A DNA stretch of 63,205 bases, filler included, from Olpidium bornovanus S191 (lineage: Eukaryota; Fungi; Olpidiomycota), in the NCBI GenBank assembly GCA_017911155.1. It is 32 parts of 32 records of this genome, joined end to end, with 100 filler letters (N's around TTAATTAATTAA, not from the genome) between each part and the next. Parts side by side here need not be neighbours in the genome. Positions count along the whole stretch, not along the records: positions 24,340 to 26,074 come from JAEFCI010012697.1; positions 26,175 to 27,855 come from JAEFCI010012993.1; positions 27,956 to 29,423 come from JAEFCI010012211.1; positions 29,524 to 32,629 come from JAEFCI010000853.1; positions 32,730 to 34,192 come from JAEFCI010011211.1; positions 34,293 to 35,863 come from JAEFCI010010268.1; 26 more parts are not named here. The stretch is one strand, 5' to 3'. The notes beneath the pieces were generated by a model. The model saw nothing but the letters and a program-made list of their open reading frames with translations. It ran no database searches and was not told the DNA's origin. Positions 24,340-34,997 of this stretch are shown here, piece by piece. The translations under genes were made by a program, and so were the position numbers. Positions within the stretch are counted from its first letter, which is position 1. The number at the start of each line of letters is the position of its first letter.

Positions 24340-25512
24340 CATGCGAGATTAGGGCGCAACCGTCCTGGGGCTTGGAGAGCGGGGACACCGACGCGGGCTT
24401 TACGCCTTCGCAATCGGTCGTTCTACAGCGAGGCTCGGTCGACTCCTCCGTGTGGTCGGATGGAGCTTCCGCGTCCGCGAAAATCGATTTCGTGCGTTCT
24501 GTCGCGGACGGCAGCGTTGCCAATTGGGCGCCCAAAGAGAGTAGAATGAGTGGCACGGATGCATTGCCGCACTGGTCAATGGCGGCAGTTAGAGAGGGCC
24601 TCAGCGGAGCGTCCGGCCCAAACATTAAGTTGCGTAACGGGGGGACAAGGCCGACAAACAGGGCAACAAGGGTTGTCAAGATGGGAGCCGTCATCATCGC
24701 CTTAAAAAACCCCTGAACAAAGTTCTTGAATGACTTGCCGACACGAAGGAGTGCGAGCAGGCAACACCTCGCAAGGTTTGGCTTCAATTGAACGGGACCG
24801 CCAGGGCACCGACACCGAGCAAGGGAATTCGCCAGGAGAGGAGTTTCCGGAGAGCACGGGCCATTATCGTCTGCTATAACGCCGACAGAAGATTCAGCCT
24901 CGGCCGCCTCTTCAGATGGCCAGTCATTTCCACCGCCCGACGAAGCTTCGGGGGCGGTCCGTCGACAAATTCCGCATAGCGCGGTCAGCGCGCTGGGTTC
25001 CGGTGAAGACCTTTGGATTCGGTTGACGCGACCTTGAGATTCAGATCCATCACCCTTTCCAATGAGCTCAAAGCCGTAACTCCAGCGGACGAAGTTTCCG
25101 GCGAGCCCAAAGAACATGATGTACGTCATTCCCCTACGTATATTAGCGGTAGGGTAGCGTTATCAACGACGGTAATATATCACAATGGATTAGAACTTCG
25201 AATTTCACCGCTTTGCCACTCGCCTGGCAACGACGTTGTCCACGGTGTCGTTCTCGCCCCAAAAGAGCACGCTTACACTCTTCGACAAACTTATACTTTG
25301 CATAAGTGCAATGGGCAGACTGTTGGAATTGGAGAACATCATGCTGACAATAGCAAGACGCCGCTGAGGCTCACTGAGCCTGAACAGGGTGGAGCCGATG
25401 ACGGCCATGAGCCAGCTGAGTGAACAGAATATCAAAAACGCAAGCGGCACCGGCCAGAGTTGCAGGAATTTCTCGGCAGTAACGGTGGCGGCAATCTTCA
25501 CAAATAGCAGGC
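24340..25512 (-). CDS. Auxin efflux carrier (AEC/PILS-like, Mem_trans) transporter, partial
   Basis: LLFVKIAATVT, MFSNSNSLPIALMQSI, NFVRWSYG, FVGLVPPLRNLMF, GNASVPLILLSLGAQL are AEC-family transmembrane motifs. Confidence 0.88.
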
Positions 25513-26174
25513 CTGCCGAAGTCCGTGGCGTGTGAGCGATGTTAATATCATGCGAGCGCAAAAGATGAGGTACTAGGAGACGCACATGGCGTAAACAGAA
25601 ACATGTTTGCTTTGGCCTTTAGAGTCGCGTAAAACGGCGGTCGCACCGTCAGGGAACCACGGATTAGTTTAGTGACCTGTTTCTCTCGTTCAGGCTGGTC
25701 GAACAAAACTCCTTCGTCCCTACCATTGCCCTTTGGACCTGCTGCGTAAAGACGCCATGGCGCGCTAGCAGCGCACCCGCGACACAAACGAGGGCGACTT
25801 CCGCGCTGGCCTACACGCACGAAAACAAAAGAAAGAGGTTGGTTTTTGGGTCAGGGCGCAGATACCTATTCCCGGCAGCAAGGCGCGGCGCTAATGAGCT
25901 CCGTCAGGCAGCCAGGCAAACGTTCCGCACCTGGGTGGCTGCTAACGCGAGATCGGCCAAGCGCATTGCTGCTATTACCCACCACACCGGCTGGGGCGGG
26001 GAGTGTATGTCAGGGCTGGTTTTCGTCCGGAGCCGCGCACTGGGGACGCCGCGTGCGCAGACACGCAGCCCATGNNNNNNNNNNNNNNNNNNNNNNNNNN
26101 NNNNNNNNNNNNNNNNNNTTAATTAATTAANNNNNNNNNNNNNNNNNNNNNNNNNNNNNNNNNNNNNNNNNNNN

Positions 26175-27419
26175 CATGCGGATGCCGGCGGCCTCGCGCT
26201 CGCCGCGGGGGTCGGGGATGTTCCTGTTGACGAGCGCGGCGCGGTTCTCGGGGAGCCCGCAGCGGCGGCGGGCCTCCTCCCTGAGCCAGGCCTGGTGCTC
26301 GCCGATCTGCTTCTGGAGGATCTCGGCTTCGCGAAGGATGCGGCGGTGGGCGTCGAAGTGGTGGTCGCGATCGAGGTCGCACTCGTCGCGGTCGCGGTCG
26401 CGGTCGTGCTGGCGCTGGTGCTGGTGCTGGTGCTGGTGGAGCTGGTGAGCGGCCCGCTGCTGGTAATCCCCGGCGGCGGGGCCGGCGGGGTGATGATTGG
26501 CGGCGTGCGTCGGTTCCATAGAGCAGCCCGAGTCCCTGCGGCCGGACTGGCCCGCGGGACCGGGCTCGGGAGACACGACGGCGCCGCAGGCGACGAGGGC
26601 CTCGGCGAATGCGTCGCGCTCGAGCTGGAAAGCCCTGAGGTCGTCGTCGACCAAGGCCTTGAATGCGCCGAACATCTCCTCCGGCACGCGGAGGTCGGTC
26701 CCCAGGGCGTCCAGGGCCCTCCTCTTGAGCGCGAGCACGCGCCCGAGGGGGATCCCCGTGAAGTTGGTGTAACTCATCGGGGAGAAGTTGTTGTCGTTCA
26801 TCCACATGTCGGCGAGGAGGACGACGATTGTCGCCAGCTCGACGTCGGCGACGTCGGTCCAGCCGCGGTGGGTGTGGGTCACGGCGACCTTGAGCCGAAA
26901 GAGGTACGTGAGGGCCACGAGGCCGGCGGCCGGAGAGACCTGGAAGACGGGGAAGAGAGTCCTGCAGAGCTGGCGGATCTGGGGCTGGACGGTGAAGTAC
27001 CCGGCGTTGGCGCCGTGCGCCGCCGCGGACAGGACGGCGTCCGCCCTGGTCTTTACGTGCCAGATGACGACGAACATGACCGCCCAGACGTCGCACAGCT
27101 CGCCCTTGTTCTCCGCCGTCACGGGGACCCCCGTCGGGTTCGGGTAGGTGACGATGGGCGAGCGCGAGCGCGGGCGGCGGGCGGCGGCGGCGGCTTGGGC
27201 AGCGGCGGCGGCGGCCGCCCGGCGGCCGGGCTTGCGGGTGCGGGCCCTGCCGCGGACCGGCTCGTCGGAGTCCTCGACGAGCTCGCCGCGGGAACCGCGG
27301 TCGACATTCCGGGGGGCGACGTGGTGATGGGCGGAAGCGGAAGGATCATACCCCCTGGCCACAATGGGCCCGTCCAGAGGCTCCCCGTCGAAATCGGGGT
27401 CCCAGTTGGCGCTCCGCAT
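26175..27419 (-). CDS. PHO80/PCL-type cyclin-box protein, atypical, 3'-partial
   Basis: LVALTYLFRLK...IVVLLADMWMNDNNFSPMSYTNFTGIPLGRVLALKRRALDALGTDLRV follows the PCL cyclin-box spacing. Low-complexity Gln/His-rich tail. Confidence 0.7.
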
Positions 27420-27955
27420 TTCGGGGGGGGGGGGGGGGGGGAACGCAGGAGATGCGATCCCGATATGCGATGCGGGAGAGAGGGGGATGGAGAGGGGGGA
27501 GGGGGGCCGGGGAACACTCTCACCAAATCCCCGCCTCACGAACCGCCGGACGATTGTTTTTTTCTTTTTTTTTCTTTTTTTTCTGTTACCCCGCCGCCGC
27601 GGCCTTTGTCTTCCTTTTTCCTTTTGCCTTCCGTAGCCGCCGCCGAGGGAGCGGGGTTCTGCCGGGTGGAGATTGCGTACTTTCTTTTTCGGCTCCCTGC
27701 GGGGCGGAACGGGGGGAGAAAGAAAGAGGGCGGGAGGGAAAAGGAAGAGCGGCCGAGGAAGAAGAAAAAATAAAAAAAGAAAAAGGACGGGCGGGGCGGG
27801 GGGTGGTGGGGGCGTGGGGTGGGGGGGGGGGGGGGGGGGGAGTGCGGGGGGGGGGNNNNNNNNNNNNNNNNNNNNNNNNNNNNNNNNNNNNNNNNNNNNT
27901 TAATTAATTAANNNNNNNNNNNNNNNNNNNNNNNNNNNNNNNNNNNNNNNNNNNN

Positions 27956-27999
<44 letters not shown>

Positions 28000-28009
28000 C
28001 GAAACCGCT

Positions 28010-28736
28010 ATGATCTCGGCGTCGTGGCAGGCTTCCCTCGCCCTTGCGGTCTTTGCCGCCGCGCCAGTCCTGGCCCAGTTCTCCCTGGCCACCGTACCCA
28101 ACCCCGCCTCCGACGCGCCCGCGAGTGACGTCGCCACCGAAGTCCAGCAGTCCGTGGTGCGTTTTTTTTTCCAATAAAGATGAAAAAAAAAATTACCCCG
28201 GGCGTCGCGAAACGCGTGGATCGCGCAGAGGGGGGAATTTTGCCGTAGTCGCCTTACCCGGTTACCAACCGCTTTCCTCGTCGGGTATTGTTTACGTTCC
28301 CGAAACCGAACAGCCGTCCGACATCGGAGCAGGGATCCCCGTCGCCACCACCGCCGCCACGAACTTGGTGTCCGCGCCGACGAGCGCCTCGGGCGACGCG
28401 CCGCTGCCCATCTATCCCGTCGCGCCAACATCCGTTCCTGGTGCGGCCACGCCGACGGCCGCGGCCCCGATCCCCGCGCCCGCCGGCGCGCAAAGCCCCG
28501 GCGGGAGCAGCTCCGCAGGTCCTGTAACCGGACCCTTGTCTCGGCCCACCTCCATGTCCCAGTCCTCCGCCTCCAGCAGCGCCGTCCCCGGCAGCGTGGC
28601 CCGCTTCAACTCCTCCTCACCCTCGCCGTCTGCGAACGGGACTGCTCTCTCCAGCGTCGCCGCCGCCCTCGGCCGCGGGGAGCTTGCCGTTGCCGTCCTC
28701 GCCATTGCCTCCGCCGTGTTCGCCGCTCACGCCTGA
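28010..28736 (+). CDS. Secreted GPI-anchored Ala/Pro/Ser/Thr-rich surface protein, 189 aa if intron 28157-28313 is removed
   Basis: Signal peptide MISASWQASLALAVFAAAPVLA; phase-0 GTGCGT...AACAG intron; low-complexity body; hydrophobic C-terminal tail ELAVAVLAIASAVFAAHA*. Confidence 0.75.
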
Positions 28737-29523
28737 CCCCCTTCCCCCCAGCTTCCATCGGTGCGCAGGTGACTGTCGCCCAGATGCGCCGCGGGTCGAC
28801 AAAAGCTTTCCCCGGCTGACCCCCATCACTCAAATCCCGCATTTACACATCCCGCCTGCCCACGCCGATCCACCATGTGTACGGGCGGCCCGGCTGAAAT
28901 CGGTACCTTTTTTTTGTTTCTGCATTGCTTTGTATACTGCAGTCCTTTGGCAGTGTGTAGAGCACAAACGCGGCCGCCATTTCTTTAGCGCACCGCAAAA
29001 TGGCGAATAGCCGGGCGCGAGCTCCGGTTGCAAAACAGTCAATTATAAGAGCGCGTTTTGTTCGACCACGGGTCGTTGTGCCAGACATATGCGGAGTTCG
29101 CGTGTCCGCCTCGATGTTCCCAAGTCGCGTCTGGTCGAAAAGTGGCACTTGCTCGTGTCGAGCCCCGCGGAACCCGGAATGCGGACAATCAAACAACACA
29201 ACAGGAACGTGCCTTTGGATTCTGAGCGGCAGACGCCTTTTATGCAGCACCCAGATAACGACAAACCGGAAAATCATTTGCGGCTGATATGCAATAAAAG
29301 GGCATGTGGGTTGTTGAATAATCTGACACCTGACTTGGCCACTACGCGCGAGTCCTTCGCGGATTTTTTTCGAGGTCCCTCAAATCCGGGTTTCGGCCCA
29401 ACAGCATCTGGCTCAAGATCACCNNNNNNNNNNNNNNNNNNNNNNNNNNNNNNNNNNNNNNNNNNNNTTAATTAATTAANNNNNNNNNNNNNNNNNNNNN
29501 NNNNNNNNNNNNNNNNNNNNNNN

Positions 29524-32382
29524 CACGCCCTCGATTGTGGGCTCGTTGAAAAGCGTCGCGACCCCGATTTCCACGCCGTAATGCGCCTGCAGCTGGGCTA
29601 TCACTTGCACCGCCGAGAGCGAATCCAGCGCGTACGTCTCCATGACGTTGGCCGTCACGTCCGGCTCACCTTCGGGGACGACCCCGGGGCGGGCGACGCC
29701 GCGCAAGAATTCCGCGACGCAGGCCTGAATGTCCTTCTGGCCGGGAATGCGCGCGGCCGGGAGGTGTCCGGCCGGTCGGATCGTCGTCGTCGTCGCCGTC
29801 GTCGTCGTCGCCGTCGCCGTCGCCGCCGAGCGGCCGACGAGCTTGCGGCTTTCAGCCTCCGCCGCCGCCTTTTCGACCTCCTGTTTGCGGCCCGCCCCCT
29901 GGTCGTCGTACAGGACGGCGGCGCCGAACTCGCCGCCGCCGAGCATCGCGGCGGCTTTCGACCTCTGGACCTTGCCGCTCGTGGTTTTCGGGAGGGCCCT
30001 GGCCGCCAAGAAAACTAGTCTCTCCGGCAAGATGCCGTGGGTTGCGGCGACTGCGCACGCAACCTCTTCCCTGATGGCGCCGTAGTGTTCGGGTCTCGCC
30101 GACGCCCGCAGCTCGCACAGCAGCGTGAGCTTCTCGGCGGGCTCCTCCGCCGCGGAGCCGGAGCAGCCGCCGGCGTTCGCGGGAGCGGCTATGACGCATC
30201 CCGGCCGGATGTGCGGGCTGGCCTCCTGGGCGGTTATCTCGATGTCGTGCGGGTAGTGGTTCTTGCCGTTGATGATTATCAGATCCTTTTGCTGTTTGCG
30301 GCGTAGAGTGGGCGGTTTTTGTGTGGGGCGGGGAAAGAGGGGGAGTGGGGGGGGCCACGAGAGTTGGCAGGGGTCGTGGGGGGTGGGTGGGGGGGTGGGG
30401 TACGAGGGTTGGGGGGGCGCGACGCGTCAAATTAAAACGCGTTTTCCCTATTTCCTCCCCGGGTTGGTGGGGGAAACAAAAAACAAACAAACAACCCCCA
30501 CGCATTCCGCAAATTTTGTTTTTCTCCGGCGAATTTCGGAGCGAGAGGGAGAGGGCGGGGCGTTACGAAAGGATACCCCGGACTCACCCGTCCCGCGATG
30601 TACACCTCTCCGTCGTAGTAAAAGCCGAGATCGCCGGTCCTCAGGAACGTTGTCCTCTCCGGCTCCTTCGCGGTCCAGAAGCAGCCGTCCTGGCCGGTGC
30701 CGGCCAGTGTGGCGCGGAAGGTGCTCTCGTTCTCCTCGTCCCGGGCCCAGTACCCACTGCCGACGCTGGGGCTGGACAGCCAGATTTCCCCGACCGTGAG
30801 GTGCGGCCGGAGGTTCCTCGTCTCGGGGTCGACTATGCGGACCTCGACGTTCTGCTCGGCGTTGGGGTACCCGGTGCCGAGGATCAGGCCCTTGGGGTCG
30901 GGCCCGGCGAGCTCCGGGCCCGTCACGCTCTCCTCGGGGTACGGCGCCAGCCTCCTGACCACCCTCACCCGGCCGCCGCGCCGGAGCTCCGCCTCGTCCA
31001 CGAGAACGCAGCTCGGGAACCCGCGGTGCCGCGTGGTGAAGCCGAACCCGAACGCGCACGTCTCCGCGAGCCCGTACAGGTTCCGGAACGCCCCCGGGTC
31101 GAACCCGGCCCCCGCCGTGAGCCGGCAGAACCGCTCGATGGTCGCCCGCCGGACGGGCTCGGCCCCCGCGAACGCCCCCTCCAGGTGCGAGAGGTCCAGC
31201 CCGGCCAGGTCCGACGGCCGCAGCCTCCGCCCGCAGAGCTCGTACGCGAAGTTCGGCGCGGCCGTGTACGTCGCCTTGTACCGTGACATCTTCGCGGTCG
31301 GGCAGTGAGGGCGCGAACGAAAAAAAAAAGAAGAAAAAAAAAAAAAAAAAAAAGGAAAGCCGGATTGCCGGTTTCGAGTCAGGCCGCCCGCTGACACCCC
31401 GTCTTTTTTCTTAAAAAGAAACGCGTTTTTTGTTTCGCAGCAACCCCCCCCCCCCTCCCCCTCCCCCGGCTTTCTTACCGCCTGCAACCATACGATCGGC
31501 TTTTGAAGGAACGTCAAGGGGCTGAACACCGCGGCGCTCGCGTTCGCGCGGATGACGTTCAGGAACCCGCCGACGAGGCCCAGGTCGTGGAACTGCGGCA
31601 CCCAGAACACGATTGTTTTGTCGGGAGGGAGGTCGCATTCCGCGTTCAGCGCCGCCACGTTCTTGAGAAGCTGGCCGTGGCCGAGCGCGACGCCCTGCGA
31701 ATTTTAGAAAAAGGGGGAGGACACGAGGCGTGTCAGGCGCTTTTTTTTTTTTTTTTTTTCGTTTTTTTTTTTTTTTTAACGAAACGAGCCCCCCCCCCCC
31801 CAAAAAAAATTCCTCGCCCCGCCCCCCACCCCCCCCCCCTCCCCCCTCTCCCCGTTTCCTGCTCGCCTTGGGGTCGCCCGTGCTGCCGCTGGAATACTGG
31901 ATGAACGCGAGGTCGTCCGGGTCGATGTCGCGGCCGCAGCCCTCCGGGGCCGCGGGACTGCCGTTGCCGACGACGGACTCGCAGGCGACCCACCGCAGGT
32001 TTTCCGGCCACCCGACGCTCCCGCCGCCGGTCAGCCTGGCCGCGGCGCCCCTGAGCGTCGTCGCCACGACGTAGTCGCGCTCGCACAGGACGACCCGGGC
32101 CCCGGTGTCCGCGGCGATCCGCGCGAACCGCCGCACGTCCCGCGCCAGCGTCCGCGGGTCCGGCGGCGCCAGCGGCACCGCGACGCAGCCCGCCGCCAGC
32201 ACCCCGAACATCGCCGGCAGGAACGAGATGCCCGGCCCGAAGCACAGCAGCACGCGCTCCCCCGCCCGCGACCCGGCGACCTCGCGGAGGTAGCGCGCCA
32301 CGCGCCGCGCCCGCACGTCCATCTCGCCGTACGTCAGCTTCGACACCTCTTTCAAGTTGCCGTTCAACCAGGTAAAAGCGAC
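29524..32382 (-). CDS. Fatty acyl-AMP ligase (FAAL) fused to an acyl carrier/PP-binding domain, truncated by contig ends. Exons 31867-32382, 31479-31694, 30588-31289, 29524-30291
   Basis: YSSGSTGDPK/GV, WVPQFHDLGLVGG, APNFAYELC, AEPV, YGLAET, GEIWLSSPSVGSGYW, LRTGDLGF, GR/QKDLIIINGKNHYPHDIE, PKTTSGKVQR, then ALDSLSAVQVIAQLQAHYGVEI...LFNEPTI (carrier Ser codon 29620-29622). Confidence 0.9.
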
Positions 32383-32556
32383 CTTTTTATTTTGTTTTGT
32401 TTTGTTTTGTTTTGCCCCGGCGCCCGGGAAAAATGAGAAAAAAGGGAGGAAAACAAAAAAAAAATCGAAAAAAATAAAGCGAAAAACGGGAGGTTAGAGA
32501 AAGGATAAGAAAAAAAAACAAACAAAAACTAAAACGCGACAACCCCCCCCCCCCCC

Positions 32557-32616
<60 letters not shown>

Positions 32617-33177
32617 CCCCCCCCGCGCGNNNNNNNNNNNNNNNNNNNNNNNNNNNNNNNNNNNNNNNNNNNNTTAATTAATTAANNNNNNNNNNNNNNN
32701 NNNNNNNNNNNNNNNNNNNNNNNNNNNNNCATGCCGGTGGAGCCCCTGATCCTGCAGGAGACAGAGGCTTACGTGTACTCCTCGGCCCTCCGGAGTGGGG
32801 TACCCTGTAGTTTACCCTTGATACTGATACTCTTGCAGTGGTCGTTATAAAAAAGGAGCCGCAAAGTTCGGTGGGGGTAGGCAGCAGATGCAAAACTATT
32901 ATGCCACCAGTTCTACTGCTCTTTTGCACAGATCGCGAATGGCATAATTGCCGACGCCCGCCATTTTCTTGGCCAATCTAACCGGGCGCAGTCCATCTGC
33001 ACTTCCCTCCTGCGTTTCTGCAATGGGTTGGGGGCGGTGTTTGTTCCGTCCGCCTCGATTATCCTTCGCGAGCTGTGGGAGAATTTTACTCGCTCGGAGG
33101 GAAGACGGCGGGGGAAAAAGGGGAGACTTCGCGCTCGCCAAACCCCCCCGCCCCCCCCCCCTCGCCGTTTCCAACCA

Positions 33178-34192
33178 ATGGCGCGGGAGGAGGGGGATGA
33201 CGAGCAGGAGGAGGAACGGCGCCGGGAGGGCGCACCGTCTTTTGAGGCGGTGCTGCCGGCTGCATCTCTGAGGGCGTTTGCCCGCGTTCTGCAGTTCCTT
33301 GGGCGGATCGGCGAGGACCTGTTCCTCGAGGTGGACAGGTCCAAGGTGCTCTTGTCCACGATCAACGCGTCGCGGTCGGCCTTTGCCATAGCCACGTTCA
33401 AGGCGCGTGTCTTCCAGCAAATCGCCGTCAGAGGCCCGCCGACCGCCGTGGTGCGGTGCAAGATCTTCCTCAAGGTTCGGCCGAGCGGTTTTTGGCGCAT
33501 GTCGTTGGGGTGGCGGTGTCGGAGCTGCAGGGGGGCCCGCGCCGCACTCGCTCGTCCGCGAACTCGGCGCCGGCTCCGCTTTCCGCCGCAGTCTAAAGCG
33601 ACTCCGGCCTCCGCAAGGCGTTTGCCGTCGTCTTCAAGACGAAGCCCGGCCTGGACAACGTCGAGCGCTGTGTGTTGAGCTGCGCAGCTGAACCATCGGG
33701 TGTCGGCACGTTCGTTCGCATCAAATTACACTGCAAGCACGGTAAGGTGCCGCCGAGCAAAATCGAGTACAACGGGAACCGTCGCCGCTGAAAAGCCGCG
33801 TCTCACATACTTTTAGGAATCGTCAAAACCTTCAAAGTCATTTATGAGTCATGCGACCCTGTCCACGCTGTCTACGACCGGCAACACTGTTCTCACACGT
33901 GGCAGGCTTCGCATCGCGCAGTCGCCGAATGGTTGCAACACTTCCTGTCGCGCCAGGACGAGGTTTCCATGGCGTGTGGCTCGAACCACGTCAAGTTCAG
34001 GACGTCCTGCGGGTTTGGAGCAGCCAGTTCCCATGGTAGGTTCCTTGCACGTCCGACCGTGGCCGCGCGGAAGGTGGAGCGCGTAACCTGCTCGTACCAA
34101 ATACCACTGGAAACAGATGAGCTGAAGCGCGTGCTGCAGACTGAGGTGTCGCTTAACGCAGACGACTTCGACGTGTTCCAAATACCCCATGG
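33178..34192 (+). CDS. RAD9: 9-1-1 checkpoint clamp subunit Rad9 (Rad9A/Ddc1 family), 3'-partial
   Basis: FARVLQFLGRIGEDLFLE...TINASRSAF...RCKIFLK/AFAVVFK...VERC...LHCKHG/IVKTFKVIYE...TEVSLNADDF matches the Rad9 family. Confidence 0.9.
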
Positions 34193-34292
34193 NNNNNNNN
34201 NNNNNNNNNNNNNNNNNNNNNNNNNNNNNNNNNNNNTTAATTAATTAANNNNNNNNNNNNNNNNNNNNNNNNNNNNNNNNNNNNNNNNNNNN

Positions 34293-34997
34293 ATCCGCAG
34301 CGGCGATCCGCACCATCATTTCCATAGCCACGGGCAACATTTGGATTCTCCGCCAACGGGACGTGGTCTTGGCCTATCTAAATGGAGAGCTGACGGACGT
34401 CAAGATATACATGGAGCAGCCAGAGGAGTTCTCCAACAGCTCCGGGTCAGTCTGTCGCTTAAAGCGAGCCCTCTACAATTTTTAAAGCAGAGTGGCCGAG
34501 TGTGGAATCAACGGCTACACGAAAAGCTAATGGCTCTCTGGTTGGTACAATCCCTGTCGGAACCATGCGTCTATACCCTTTGGGAAAGAACAACAATGCA
34601 GCTCGTAATAGCTAAAGCAGAGTGGCCGAGTGTGGAATCAACGGCTACACGAAAAGCTAATGGCACTCTGGTTGGTACAATCCCTGTCGGAACCATGCGT
34701 CTATACCCTTTGGGAAAGAACAACAATGCAGCTCGTAATAGCTGTTCTACATTGACGGTCTACCACTCACTGGACCAAAACCGCCAAGGGGCAACAGGGC
34801 GAAAGGAAAAAGTCAGTGTTTCGGGTGGACATGGGCAATGGCGCGCCCAGTGAGGCGGGGTGTAGAATAAAGGAGGGGGGGAGCTGAGCTGTAGACGCAC
34901 TGTACGCACCGGCCCGCGTTACCCCTGCATAGATTCCTTAGTCGCCGCCATATAAAATAGGGCCAGAGGAAACTAGTAAACAAACGCCCCGATTACA
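34293..34997 (+). mobile_element. Decayed Ty1/Copia RT fragment followed by a putative PPT and 3' LTR (34861-34997)
   Basis: QRDVVLAYLNGEL...IYMEQPE...VCRLKRALY, frameshift, LKQSGRVWN...SEPCVY. GAGGCGGGG directly precedes TGTAG...TTACA, which contains a TATAAAA. Confidence 0.8.
34483..34742. repeat. 130-bp direct tandem duplication within the Copia RT
   Basis: TAAAGCAGAGTGGCCGAGTG... starts at 34483 and 34613. One mismatch seen (34535 T vs 34665 A). Confidence 0.95.

Noticed and set aside
29524-32382. FAAL-ACP as bacterial contamination
   Set aside because: Three internal spliceosomal introns interrupt conserved motifs in frame and have the same homopolymer-rich style as the other genes.
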